This document shows, one piece after another, positions 16,896 to 26,403 of a stretch of 43,708 bases of DNA. The stretch comes from an uncultured Chloroflexota bacterium (GTDB taxonomy: Bacteria; Chloroflexota; Limnocylindria; Limnocylindrales; CSP1-4). Both the position numbers and the translations under genes were made by a program. The number at the start of each line of letters is the position of its first letter. Position 1 is the stretch's first letter. The stretch lies in contig CAIYQJ010000412.1 of the NCBI GenBank assembly GCA_903928275.1, positions 1 to 43,708 on the forward strand, written 5' to 3'. A model generated the notes under the pieces. It did not search any database. It saw only the letters and a list, made by a program, of their open reading frames with translations, and had not been told where the DNA came from.

Positions 16896-18740
16896 TCAGT
16901 CCCGCTTCACGCCGACGAACCGCAGGCCCAGCTCGTCCCACTGCTCCTGGTCCGGTGCGGACGGCGCATCGAGCATGAGGTCGCCGCCCGACTGCGTCTT
17001 GGGGAACGCCATGACCTCGCGGATGTTCGTCTGGTACGCGAGCAGCGCCGCCCAGCGGTCGACGCCGAGCGCGATGCCGCCGTGCGGCGGGGCGCCGTAG
17101 TCGAACGCCTCGAGCATGCCTCCGAACTTGTCGTGCATCGCCTCGAGCGAGTGGCCCTGGAGCAGGAAGCTGCGCTCGAGCTCCTCGCGGTGATGGATCC
17201 GCACCGACCCGCCACCGAGCTCCCAGCCGTTGAGCGCGACGTCGTACTGCTGTGCGCGGGCGCGGCCCGCCGGGTCTTCGGGGGTCCGCACCGACAGGTC
17301 ACCCGACGCCGTCGTGAGGAGCGGCATGTCCTCCGGCACCGGGCCGCTGAACGGGTTGTGTGTCGCGTCCCAGCGGACGTACTCCGCGTCCCACTTGTAC
17401 ATGGGGAAGCGGTGGACCCAGCAGTACGCGAGGACGTCGGGGTCGGCGAGCCCGCGCCGCGCGCCGATCTCGGTGCGCAGGCGACCGAGGACGTCCGTCG
17501 TCGTGTCGAACGAGTCCGCGACGATGAGCACGAGATCGCCCGGCTCCGCGCCGGCGGCGTCCGCGACGGACCGCAGTGTCTCCTCGCCGAGGAACTTGCC
17601 GATCGGCGAGTGGAGGCCGCCGTCGGCATCGACCGACACGTGCGCGAGCCCCTTCGCGCCGTGGCGCCTGGCGAGCTCCGTCAGCTCGTCGACCCCCGAA
17701 CGGCTGAGCGATCCCATGCCGGGGGCACGGACGGCCATGACGCGGCCGCCGGCGGCGAGGACGTCGTCGAACACGCGGAAGCCGGACGACGCGGGCGCCC
17801 CGAGCGCGGAGGCGAGGTCGACGAGCTCCAGGCCGAAGCGGATGTCCGGCTTGTCCGAGCCGAAGCGCCCGAGAGCCTCCTCGTACGTGTAGCGCGGGAA
17901 CGGCACCCGGAGGATCGGGCGGTCCGGGGCCGCGCGACGGCTCACCTCGATGACCATCGTCTCGACGAAGTCCATGACCGTGTCTTCGAGGACGAAGCTC
18001 ATCTCCAGGTCGAGCTGGGTGAACTCGGGCTGGCGGTCGCCGCGCAGGTCCTCGTCACGGAAGCAGCGGGCGATCTGGAAGTAGCGGTCGATCCCCGCGA
18101 CCATGAGCAGCTGCTTGAGCTGCTGCGGGCTCTGCGGGAGCGCGTACACGGTCCCCGGCTGGAGCCGGCTCGGCACGATGAAGTCCCGGGCGCCCTCCGG
18201 CGTGCTCTTGATGAGGTTCGGCGTCTCGATCTCGACGAACCCGTGCTCGTGGTGCACGTCGCGGATGGCGCGGACGAGCGCCGAACGGAGGAGCAGGCGC
18301 TCCGCCATCGGCTGGCGGCGGATGTCGAGGTACCGGTACTTCAGCCGAAGGGCCTCGTCGACCGGCGCGTCCGGGTCGTTGATGTAGAACGGTGGCGTGA
18401 GCGCCTCCGACAGGATCCGGACCTCCGTCGCGTGGAGCTCGACGTCGCCGGTCGCGAGCCGCGCGTTCTCCATGCCCGGAAGCCGCAGGGCGACGTCGCC
18501 GGAGACTTCGAGCACGAACTCTGACCGCGCGCGTGACGCCGCGGCGTGCGCGTCCGGCGCCCGGTCGGCATCCACGACGACCTGGGTCAGCCCGTAGCGG
18601 TCGCGCAGGTCGAAGAAGATCAGGTGCCCATGGTCCCGGCGGCGGTGGACCCAGCCGGCGAGGCGGGCCGGGCTGTCGGCGTCAAGGGCGCGGAGCGCGC
18701 CGCACGTATGGGTCCGGTAGGGCGTCGCGAGGTTCGTCAT
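16896..18740 (-). CDS. aspS: Aspartate--tRNA ligase
   Basis: Class IIb AspRS features are RTHTCGALR, RRRDHGHLIFFDLRDRYG, FRDEDLRGDRQPEFTQLD and GGGSVRIH..E. The start was set at ATG 18740 (MTNLATPYRTHTCG) by comparison with typical AspRS N-termini. In-frame ATGs at 18749 and 18797 are alternatives. Confidence 0.95.
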   Translation of the reverse strand: MTNLATPYRTHTCGALRALDADSPARLAGWVHRRRDHGHLIFFDLRDRYGLTQVVVDADRAPDAHAAASRARSEFVLEVSGDVALRLPGMENARLATGDVELHATEVRILSEALTPPFYINDPDAPVDEALRLKYRYLDIRRQPMAERLLLRSALVRAIRDVHHEHGFVEIETPNLIKSTPEGARDFIVPSRLQPGTVYALPQSPQQLKQLLMVAGIDRYFQIARCFRDEDLRGDRQPEFTQLDLEMSFVLEDTVMDFVETMVIEVSRRAAPDRPILRVPFPRYTYEEALGRFGSDKPDIRFGLELVDLASALGAPASSGFRVFDDVLAAGGRVMAVRAPGMGSLSRSGVDELTELARRHGAKGLAHVSVDADGGLHSPIGKFLGEETLRSVADAAGAEPGDLVLIVADSFDTTTDVLGRLRTEIGARRGLADPDVLAYCWVHRFPMYKWDAEYVRWDATHNPFSGPVPEDMPLLTTASGDLSVRTPEDPAGRARAQQYDVALNGWELGGGSVRIHHREELERSFLLQGHSLEAMHDKFGGMLEAFDYGAPPHGGIALGVDRWAALLAYQTNIREVMAFPKTQSGGDLMLDAPSAPDQEQWDELGLRFVGVKRD

Positions 18741-18833
18741 GCGGGACATCGTACCGGAGGGGCGACCCCCGGCCGTCGACCGGGCCGGCAGGGTCATGAC
18801 CGCGCTGTCGCGTCGGCGCTGCGTGAGGCGCCC

Positions 18834-20111
18834 TCACCCACCCTGCGACTTGCGTGACAGGAGCGCAGGGAGGTCGTCGATCGCGACCACCTTCTGGGAG
18901 GCGGCCTCCAGGTCACGGACCTGGACGTTCCCCTCCGAGAGCTCGTCGCCGAGGATGATGGCGAACCGGGCGCCCTCGCGGGCGGCCGACTCCAGCTGCC
19001 GGCCGAGCTTCCGCACGCCGAGGTCCGCGCGGACGTTGAGGCCCTCGGCGCGCAGGTCGGTCGCGACGCGCAGCCTCTCCGCGGTGGCCCCCGGGTCCGC
19101 GCCGACGACGACGGCGATCGGCGGGCTCTCGGTGGGGACCTCGGCACCGGTCTCCTCGAGCGCGAGGATGACGCGGTCGAGCCCGAGCGCGAACCCGATC
19201 CCGGGCGTGTGCTTCCCGCCGAGGAGCTCCACGAGGCCGTCGTAGCGGCCGCCGCCGCCGAGGGCCTGCTGCTGGCCCTCCCGGCCACGCCGGTAGTACT
19301 CGAAGGCGGTGCGCGTGTAGTAGTCGAGGCCGCGCACGAGGCCCGGCTCGATCCGGTACGGCACGCCGAGTGCGTCGAGATGCTCCTGCACCTCCGTGAA
19401 GTGCGTCGCGCACGCCTCGCACAGGTGGTCGACGAGTCGCGGTGCCGTCGCGTTGATGGCGGCCATCCCCGGGTCCTTCGAGTCGAGCAGCCGGAGCGGG
19501 TTGGCGTCGAGCCGGTGACGCTCGGCCGGCGGGAGGACGTCCGCGTGGTCCCGGTAGAAGGCGACGAGGCGCTCGATGTAGGCCGGTCGGCAGGCCGGAT
19601 CGCCGATCGAGTTGAGGAGGACCTCCACGTCGTCGAGCCCCGCCTGGTCGTAGAAGCGCAGGCCGAGCTCCACGATCTCCGCGTCGACCGCGGGACCGGC
19701 GTCGCCGATCGCCTCGACGTCCCACTGCCAGAACTCGCGGTAGCGCCCGGCCTGCGGCCGGTCGTACCGGAACATGGGCCCGAGGAGCCACAGCTTCACC
19801 GGCTGAGGCCACGTCTGCATCCCGTGCTGGACGTACGCGCGGACGACTCCCGCGGTGCCCTCCGGACGGAGGGCCCAGGTCTCCCCGTCCTCGGTGCGCG
19901 GCTGGAGCCGGAACAGCTCCTTCTCCACGATGTCCGTCACCGCGCCCACGCCGCGCTCGAAGACGTCGACCTGCTCGAAGAGGGGCGTCTCGATCTCGCG
20001 GTAGCCGTACACGTGGGCGAGTGAACGAGCGACGTCGGCAACGTGGCGCCAGGCGGGCCGCTCGGCCGGCAGCAGGTCGCGTGTCCCTCGCGGAGCGCGG
20101 TACGTGGGCAT
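18834..20111 (-). CDS. hisS: Histidine--tRNA ligase
   Basis: 425 aa. Motifs are RGTRDLLP, YREIETPLFE, MFRYDRPQAGRYREFWQ and GGGRYDGL, followed by a C-terminal anticodon-binding domain. Confidence 0.95.
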   Translation of the reverse strand: MPTYRAPRGTRDLLPAERPAWRHVADVARSLAHVYGYREIETPLFEQVDVFERGVGAVTDIVEKELFRLQPRTEDGETWALRPEGTAGVVRAYVQHGMQTWPQPVKLWLLGPMFRYDRPQAGRYREFWQWDVEAIGDAGPAVDAEIVELGLRFYDQAGLDDVEVLLNSIGDPACRPAYIERLVAFYRDHADVLPPAERHRLDANPLRLLDSKDPGMAAINATAPRLVDHLCEACATHFTEVQEHLDALGVPYRIEPGLVRGLDYYTRTAFEYYRRGREGQQQALGGGGRYDGLVELLGGKHTPGIGFALGLDRVILALEETGAEVPTESPPIAVVVGADPGATAERLRVATDLRAEGLNVRADLGVRKLGRQLESAAREGARFAIILGDELSEGNVQVRDLEAASQKVVAIDDLPALLSRKSQGG

Positions 20112-20195
20112 GGCGCGAAGTCTACCGGCCGCCGGCCGCCGCCGGGCACACGGCGCGGACGCGCCGGGCGCTATCCCCTCGCGGCCCGGGCCGCC

Positions 20196-22433
20196 CTACC
20201 CGACGTCGCGCTGGACCGAGGTCACGCCCTTCAGCTGCTCGATCCGGCCCATGACCCGAGCCAGCTGGGAGACGGACGCGACCTGGAGGGTCGCCTTGAC
20301 GCGCGCCGTGTTGTCGGGCGTGACCCCGAGCGAGGCGGCGAGGATGTTCACCTTCTGCTCGGCGACGATCTGCGTGATGTCGTTCAGGAGCCCGGTTCGG
20401 TCCTGCGCCTCCACGATGATCGCGATCGGGTAGGTCTGCGCCGGCGCCACCTCCCACTCGACGTCGACGAGCCGGGACACCTCGCGCTCGCCGATGACCG
20501 TCGCGCACGACCGGAGGTGGACGGTCACGCCCTTGCCGCGGGTGATGAACCCCACGATCGGGTCTCCCGGGATGGGATGGCAGCAGCCGCCGAAACGCAC
20601 CAGCAGGTCACCCACGCCCTTGACACGGACGCCCCCGGTCCGCACGGTCGACTGCGGCGGCGCGATGCTCGGCAGCGTGTCCTGCGCGGTGTCGTCCACG
20701 ACGCCGAGGCGTGTGACGACCTGCTGCGCGCCCACGGCGCCGTATCCGATGGCCGCGTAGAAGTCATCGACCGAGTCGTAGGCGTATGCCTTCGCGATCT
20801 CCGCGACCCGGTCGTGGCCGATGACCTTGAGGGACGTCCGGGCCAGCCGGCGCAGCTCGCGGTCGAGCGCGTCGCGCCCGTGGACGATGTTCTCCGACCG
20901 CTCCTGCTTCTTGAACCATTGCCGGATCTTCTCGCGGGCGTGGCTGGTCCGGACGACCGACATCCAGTCGCGGGACGGCCCGTGCTCGCCCTTCGTCGTG
21001 ACGATCTCCACGATGTCGCCGTTGCGCAGCCGGTAGTCGAGCGGCACGAGCCGGTTGTTCACCTTGGCGCCGATGCAGCGGTGCCCCACGTCGGTGTGGA
21101 TCCGGTAGGCGAAGTCGAGCGGCGTCGCGCCGGCAGGCAGGTCCTTCACCTCGCCCTTCGGCGTGAAGACGAAGACCTGGTCCTGGAAGATGTCGAGCTT
21201 GATGCCCTCGACGAACTCGGTGGCGTCGGCCACCTCGCGCTGCCAGTCCATGAGCTGGCGCAGCCACGCGAGCTTCGCGTCGTACGCCCGCTCGGACCGC
21301 GAGCCCTCCTTGTACCGCCAGTGCGCCGCGATGCCGACCTCGCTGATCGCGTGCATCGCGTGCGTGCGGATCTGGATCTCGAGCGGGTTCCCTTCGAGGG
21401 CGATGACGGCCGTGTGGAGGCTCTGGTAGCCGTTCGACTTGGGGACCGCGATGTAGTCGTCGAACTGGCCGGGGATCGGCCGCCAGATGGAGTGGACGAC
21501 GCCGAGGGCCGCATAGCAGTCCTTCACGTCGTCGACGAGGAGCCGGATGGCGTAGACGTCGTAGATCTCGCCGAACGAGGCGCCCTTGCGCTGCATCTTT
21601 CGCCAGATCGAGTAGATGTGCTTTGGCCGGCCGTTGAGGTCGGCCTGGATCCCGGCCTTCTCGAGCTCGGGCGTCAGCTCGTCGATCGCGCGCTGGACGT
21701 ACGACTCGCGATGCCGCCTGCGCGTGTCGAGGTTGCCGACGAGCTCGCGATACCGGTCCGGCTCGAGCGCCTTGAAGGCGAGGTCCTCGAGCTCCCACTT
21801 CATCTGCCAGATGCCGAGGCGCTCCGCCAGGGGCGCGTAGATCTCCAGTGTCTGTCGCGCGATCCGTGTCTGCTTCTCGGGCGGGAGCGCCCCGAGAGTC
21901 CGCATGTTGTGGAGCCGGTCGGCGAGCTTGATGAGGACGACGCGGATGTCGTCCGCCATCGCGAGGAACATCTTCCGGATGTTCTCCGCCTGCCGCTCCT
22001 CGTGGCTGTGCGTGGAGAACTTCGACAGCTTCGTCACGCCGTCGACGAGGTGCGCGACCTCCGGCCCGAACCGGTCCTCGATCTCGGCGAGGTCCGTGTC
22101 CGTGTCCTCGGGGACATCGTGGAGCAGGCCGGCCTGGATCGCCGTCGTGTCGAGGCCCAGCTCTGCGAGCGTGATCGCGACCGCGATCGGGTGCGTGACG
22201 TACGGCTCGCCTGAGGCACGACGCTGGTCGCTGTGGGCCTCGACGGCGAACGCGAGAGCCTCGCGCACCCTGTCGACGTCCGCGGGGGTGGCCTGCGCGG
22301 CGACCGCCTCGAGCAGGATCGCCTGGAGCCCGGCGGTGGTCGCCGCCTTCCGACCGCGCCCGGCGCCGCGGCGCGGAGCCGGCGGCGCGGCCGCGTCCCG
22401 AACGGTCGTGATGGTGGCGTCCTCGATCGTCAT
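20196..22433 (-). CDS. relA: Bifunctional (p)ppGpp synthetase/hydrolase, RelA/SpoT (Rel) family
   Basis: 745 aa. It has an HD hydrolase domain (HPIAVA..LHDVPEDT), a synthetase domain (YQSLHTAV), TGS (VFVFTPKGEVKDLP.GATPLDFAY.IH) and a C-terminal ACT domain. Confidence 0.95.
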   Translation of the reverse strand: MTIEDATITTVRDAAAPPAPRRGAGRGRKAATTAGLQAILLEAVAAQATPADVDRVREALAFAVEAHSDQRRASGEPYVTHPIAVAITLAELGLDTTAIQAGLLHDVPEDTDTDLAEIEDRFGPEVAHLVDGVTKLSKFSTHSHEERQAENIRKMFLAMADDIRVVLIKLADRLHNMRTLGALPPEKQTRIARQTLEIYAPLAERLGIWQMKWELEDLAFKALEPDRYRELVGNLDTRRRHRESYVQRAIDELTPELEKAGIQADLNGRPKHIYSIWRKMQRKGASFGEIYDVYAIRLLVDDVKDCYAALGVVHSIWRPIPGQFDDYIAVPKSNGYQSLHTAVIALEGNPLEIQIRTHAMHAISEVGIAAHWRYKEGSRSERAYDAKLAWLRQLMDWQREVADATEFVEGIKLDIFQDQVFVFTPKGEVKDLPAGATPLDFAYRIHTDVGHRCIGAKVNNRLVPLDYRLRNGDIVEIVTTKGEHGPSRDWMSVVRTSHAREKIRQWFKKQERSENIVHGRDALDRELRRLARTSLKVIGHDRVAEIAKAYAYDSVDDFYAAIGYGAVGAQQVVTRLGVVDDTAQDTLPSIAPPQSTVRTGGVRVKGVGDLLVRFGGCCHPIPGDPIVGFITRGKGVTVHLRSCATVIGEREVSRLVDVEWEVAPAQTYPIAIIVEAQDRTGLLNDITQIVAEQKVNILAASLGVTPDNTARVKATLQVASVSQLARVMGRIEQLKGVTSVQRDVG

Positions 22434-22479
22434 CGGTGGCGCGAAGGATACCAGCAGGTCCCCGCGGGACCCCGGCTCG

Positions 22480-24057
22480 TCAACGCCCCATGCGGTCGAG
22501 CTCCTCCTCGGCCACGCGCCGCTCGTCCCAGGGCTCCGCGCCGTGGAGACCGATGATCGACGTCTCGTGCCCCTTCCCGGCGAGGAGCACCACGTCGCCC
22601 GGGCGTGCGAGGCGGAAGGATGCGGCGATCGCGGCGCGGCGGTCGGCGATGAGCAGCAGGTCGTGGCCGCGCCGGCGGCCGGCAGCCTCCGCGCCGGCGG
22701 CGATCTCCTCGAGGATGGCCTCGCGGTCCTCGCCGCGCGGGTCCTCGTCGGCCACGATCACCGCGCGGCAGCGCTCGCCCGCGACCCGGCCCATCATCGG
22801 CCGCTTGGCGACGTCCCGCTCCCCCGCGGAGCCGAAGACGGCGATGACGCCGCCGTGGTCGCGCGCAGCGACGGGGGCCAGCGTGTCGAGCGCCGCCCGC
22901 AGCGACGCCGGGCTGTGCGCGTAGTCGACGACGACCGTGAACGGCTGCCCCCTGTCGATGCGCTCCATCCGCCCGCGCACCGGCGGAGCGGTCGCGAGCC
23001 CCCCGAGCACAGCGTCGAGGTCGATCCCCACGGCCTCCGCGAGCGCGACGACGGCGAGCGCATTCCACGCGTTGAACCGCCCCAGGAGGCGCAGGCGCAG
23101 CCGGAGTCGCCCGCTCGGTGCGGCGATGTCCATCGCGAGGCCGTCGGGCACCTCGTCGATCCGCAGCGCGCGCACGTCGGCCTCCCCGCTCTCGCCGTAG
23201 GTGAGGACGCGCGCACCGGCGGCGAGCGACGCCTCGACGAAGGTGCCGGCCGACGGATCGTCCGCGTTCACGATCGCGCTCCGCGGCCAGGCGGCCGCGC
23301 CGCTCGCTCCACCGGGTCCCTTCGGCGGCCTCGCGGCTCGCGCGTCGAGACCCTCGAAGAGCCGGAGCTTCGCCGCCCGGTACGCGTCGAAGGACCCGTG
23401 GAACTCGAGGTGCTCGTGCGTGACGTTCGTGAGGATGGCCGCGTCGTAGGCGACCCCGCCCACCCGGTCGAGAGCGAGCCCGTGCGACGTCGTCTCGAGG
23501 ACGGCGACGCGATCCCCACCGGAGACCATCGCCCGCAACGTCCGCTGGAGCTCCGGCGCCTCGGGCGTCGTGGCGTGCACGGGGTTCGCCTCGTCGATGC
23601 CCGCGATGCGCAGCGCGGCCGTGCTCGACATCCCCGTGGGGAGGCCGGCCGCGACGAGGGCCGCGGTGAGGAGGCGGCACGTGCTCGTCTTCCCGTCGGT
23701 GCCGGTCACGCCGACGACCGCGAGCTCGCGGCTCGGGTCGCCGTACCACCAGCAGGCCGCCGGGGCGAGCGCCCGCTGGCTCTCGTCGACGACGATCTGC
23801 GGGACGCCGACGCCCTCCAGCGGGCGCTCGACGACGAGCGCGACGGCGCCGCGGGCGACCGCGTCGCGGGCGTGTTCGTGGCCATCCGCGTGGGCGCCGG
23901 GGACGGCCACGAACAGGTCCCCGCTCTCTACCCGCCGCGAGTCGTACGTGAGGCCCAGGACCATCACGCCCTCCGGAACGTGCGGCGAGCGTCCATCGCC
24001 GTCGGCGACGCCGAGCAGCCTCCCGGATGCGCGGAGCCTGTCGAGGAGCTCCGCCAT
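22480..24057 (-). CDS. murE: UDP-N-acetylmuramoyl-L-alanyl-D-glutamate--diamino-acid ligase MurE
   Basis: Mur ligase motifs are VGVTGTDGKTST, NVTHEHLEFH and LAGKGHE. The specificity region reads ADEDPRGED (D-x-P-R type). The start was set at ATG 24057 (MAELLDRL...YDSRRVESGDLFVA), matching the spacing in known MurE N-termini. GTG 24129 (overlapping the femX stop) and GTG 24171 are alternatives. Confidence 0.9.
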   Translation of the reverse strand: MAELLDRLRASGRLLGVADGDGRSPHVPEGVMVLGLTYDSRRVESGDLFVAVPGAHADGHEHARDAVARGAVALVVERPLEGVGVPQIVVDESQRALAPAACWWYGDPSRELAVVGVTGTDGKTSTCRLLTAALVAAGLPTGMSSTAALRIAGIDEANPVHATTPEAPELQRTLRAMVSGGDRVAVLETTSHGLALDRVGGVAYDAAILTNVTHEHLEFHGSFDAYRAAKLRLFEGLDARAARPPKGPGGASGAAAWPRSAIVNADDPSAGTFVEASLAAGARVLTYGESGEADVRALRIDEVPDGLAMDIAAPSGRLRLRLRLLGRFNAWNALAVVALAEAVGIDLDAVLGGLATAPPVRGRMERIDRGQPFTVVVDYAHSPASLRAALDTLAPVAARDHGGVIAVFGSAGERDVAKRPMMGRVAGERCRAVIVADEDPRGEDREAILEEIAAGAEAAGRRRGHDLLLIADRRAAIAASFRLARPGDVVLLAGKGHETSIIGLHGAEPWDERRVAEEELDRMGR

Positions 24058-24121
24058 GGGTCGCGGGTCGTGCGGCTCCGCCGCCTCCAGGAGCGCGACG
24101 AGCGCAGGCGACAGCCCCGGC

Positions 24122-25300
24122 TCACCCACGACGGAGGCCCCGTGCGAGACGGGCGGCCGCCGACGTCGCACGACCGGCGGCGTACCGGCGCGGGCGAGCG
24201 ACGCGCTCGTGGGCCCCGGCGAGATCGAGCCAGCGGCCGCCGAACGCCTCCTTGAACTCGTAGAGCCCGCGCATCGGGTCGCCCGCCGCCGGGATCTCCC
24301 GCGCCCCGGCCACGTCGACCCCGCCGAGGTCGAGCTCGGCGCGGCCCTCCGCGAGCGCGATCCGCATCGCCTCCCAGAGGATGAGGTGGACCACGCCGGG
24401 ATGCTCGGCCCGCAGCTCCTGGCGGTCGCCCGAGTGGCCGTACGTCAGGCGGTCGCCGTGTCGGAAGAAGATGGCGCCCCCGAGGAGCGCCCCGTCGGGC
24501 GCGCCCGACGTCCACCGGGGCGGCACGTCCCGGACCTCGAGGTAGACGAGGTGGCCGGCGCGCATCGCGGCGAGCCACCACGCGACAGATCCGTCGCGGG
24601 CCCCGATCGTGAACCCCCGCCGTGCCCCGGTCTCGACCAGGAGGGCGTGGAAGGGCCCGAGCGCGGCGGCCGCGGCGATCTCCCGCACGGCCGTGGGGGC
24701 GGTCGCCACGTGGCCGTCATCGCGCGCGGCATCGTCGCCCCCGCCGAGGCGACCGTCGAATCGGCGGACGACGAGCCCCCGGCGGCGCGCGCTGCCGATC
24801 CGCTGGCGCGTCGTCTTCGCGATCCCGCCCCAGGCGTCCGCCTCGCCGATCGGCCCGTCCACGCCCGCCAGTCGCACCGTCATCCGGTGCCGCGACGGGT
24901 GGATCTCGTCGATCGGCCGGAAGCCGGCGGCCGCGAGGAGGGCCGCGTAGCCGGTCTCGACCGGCACCTCCGCGTCGCTGGCCACGACGTCGATGCCGGC
25001 AGTCGCGAGGTGGTCGGCGGCCGCGGCGAGACGCTCGGCCGTCCGAGCGGCAGGCTCCCCCGCCGGGACCGGGCCGCGCGGCAGGTATGCGCTCCCACCC
25101 GGGACCAGTGCCCACGGGCGGTGCAGCACGAGCAGCGGGAGCCCATCGTCGAACGCGAGATGCCGCACGCGCCACCCGACGCGCGCCGCGTGCTCTCCCC
25201 AGGCGCGAGACTGCCAGACGCTGCCGCCGGGGCCGTCGACCGCACGCGCGTCCCAGGTCGCGAGGTCCGCGGCCGTCGCCTCCCGGAGACCAGGCGCCAT
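24122..25300 (-). CDS. FemAB-family peptidyltransferase (aminoacyl-tRNA-dependent peptidoglycan branch transferase), paralog 2
   Basis: This is the C-terminal 392 codons of track ORF 24122..26338, starting at ATG 25300 (MAPGLREATAADLATWD...). The FemAB-like C-half reads GGAIFFRHGDRLTYGHSGDRQELRAEHPGVVHLILWEAMRIALAEGRAELDLGGV...GLYEFKEAFGGR. Confidence 0.8.
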   Translation of the reverse strand: MAPGLREATAADLATWDARAVDGPGGSVWQSRAWGEHAARVGWRVRHLAFDDGLPLLVLHRPWALVPGGSAYLPRGPVPAGEPAARTAERLAAAADHLATAGIDVVASDAEVPVETGYAALLAAAGFRPIDEIHPSRHRMTVRLAGVDGPIGEADAWGGIAKTTRQRIGSARRRGLVVRRFDGRLGGGDDAARDDGHVATAPTAVREIAAAAALGPFHALLVETGARRGFTIGARDGSVAWWLAAMRAGHLVYLEVRDVPPRWTSGAPDGALLGGAIFFRHGDRLTYGHSGDRQELRAEHPGVVHLILWEAMRIALAEGRAELDLGGVDVAGAREIPAAGDPMRGLYEFKEAFGGRWLDLAGAHERVARPRRYAAGRATSAAARLARGLRRG

Positions 25301-25308
25301 CGCCGACC

Positions 25309-26403
25309 TCAGTCCGTCGCCGCGGTCGCAGGGCCCTCGCGATCGAGCCCGGCCCGCCGGCGCGCCCAGCGGACCCGTGCCGCCTGCCCGCGCTCGTACA
25401 CCTCGCGCCCCAGGCGGTCGAGGACGAGGTCCCACGCTCCCACGTACCGCACCTCGCGGCCGCCGAACCCGGTCTTGAAGTGCTCGATCCCCGGATGTGC
25501 GAGGCCCCACATGTCGTATGTCGCGGCACCGGCGGCCTTCGCGCGGAGGATCGCCTCCCACTTCAGCAGGTAGTTGGCCCGCAGGAGCGCGCCGGTCGCC
25601 GTCATCCCTCCGTACGGCTCCACCACGCGGTCCCCGCACGACACGAGGAACAGGGTCGCGAGCGGCGTCCCGTCGCGGTCGACCGCGAAGAGGAGCGTGG
25701 CATGGCCGGCCGGTCGGAACGCGTCCCACACGTCGCGGTACGCCCCGAGGGTGCGGATGAGGAAGCCCGCGCGGGCGGCCGTCTCCCGGTAGATCTCGTA
25801 GAAGGCGTCGAGCCCGTCCACCTCGGCCGCTCGGACCGACACCGACTCGGCCCGTGCGTGGTTCACGTACTGCCGCCACTTCTTCCGCAGGTCGGACCAG
25901 AGGACCTCCTCGGTCGCCCGCAGGTCCACGACCCGCGTCCGGGCCGGCTGGATCGGGGGCGCCGGCCGGAAGCCCGCGGCCGCCAGGGCGCGTCGAGCCG
26001 CGCCATCGGGATCGTCCGGGCCGTCGAGCTCCACCTCCGGATCGATCCGCACGTGGGAGAGCCGAGCGACGGAGATCCGCGCCTCCGCCCGGAGTGCGAC
26101 GGCGAGGTCGTGCAGCGACTCCTCCGTCCACGATGCCGCGACGGGGCCACGCGGCGCATACCCGAACGTCCAGGGTACGCCGCGCGGGTGCCGCAGGAGG
26201 ATCTGGGCGCCGATCGGGCCGTCCGGCGCCTCCGCGAGGACGCGTCGCATCACCCACCCGTTGACGGCCTTCACCCGCGCCCACCCGCCGGTCTGCAGGT
26301 AGCTGCCGCGCGGGCTCGACGACACGAACGCGTCCCACGGGTCCGCGATCTCGCCGCCGGGGAGCGGCGGCGCGAGGACCGCGCCGGCCGCCTCTTCGAT
26401 CAC
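25309..26403 (-). CDS. FemAB-family peptidyltransferase (FemX-like), paralog 1
   Basis: This is the C-terminal 364 codons of track ORF 25309..28116. The GTG at 26403 overlaps the murJ stop (GTGA). Motifs are SYLQTGGWARVK, LRKKWRQYVNHA and LFLVSCGDRVVEPYGGMT...ANYLLKWEAILRAKAAGAATYDMWGL...GIEHFKTGFGG. Confidence 0.85.
   Translation of the reverse strand: MIEEAAGAVLAPPLPGGEIADPWDAFVSSSPRGSYLQTGGWARVKAVNGWVMRRVLAEAPDGPIGAQILLRHPRGVPWTFGYAPRGPVAASWTEESLHDLAVALRAEARISVARLSHVRIDPEVELDGPDDPDGAARRALAAAGFRPAPPIQPARTRVVDLRATEEVLWSDLRKKWRQYVNHARAESVSVRAAEVDGLDAFYEIYRETAARAGFLIRTLGAYRDVWDAFRPAGHATLLFAVDRDGTPLATLFLVSCGDRVVEPYGGMTATGALLRANYLLKWEAILRAKAAGAATYDMWGLAHPGIEHFKTGFGGREVRYVGAWDLVLDRLGREVYERGQAARVRWARRRAGLDREGPATAATD

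Noticed and set aside
18741-18833. T-box or other long leaders upstream of the three aminoacyl-tRNA synthetase genes. The gaps 20112..20195 and 9906..9970 were also checked.
   Set aside because: The upstream gaps are only ~36-95 nt, 84 nt and 65 nt. These are far shorter than a T-box leader, and no specifier or T-box sequence is visible.
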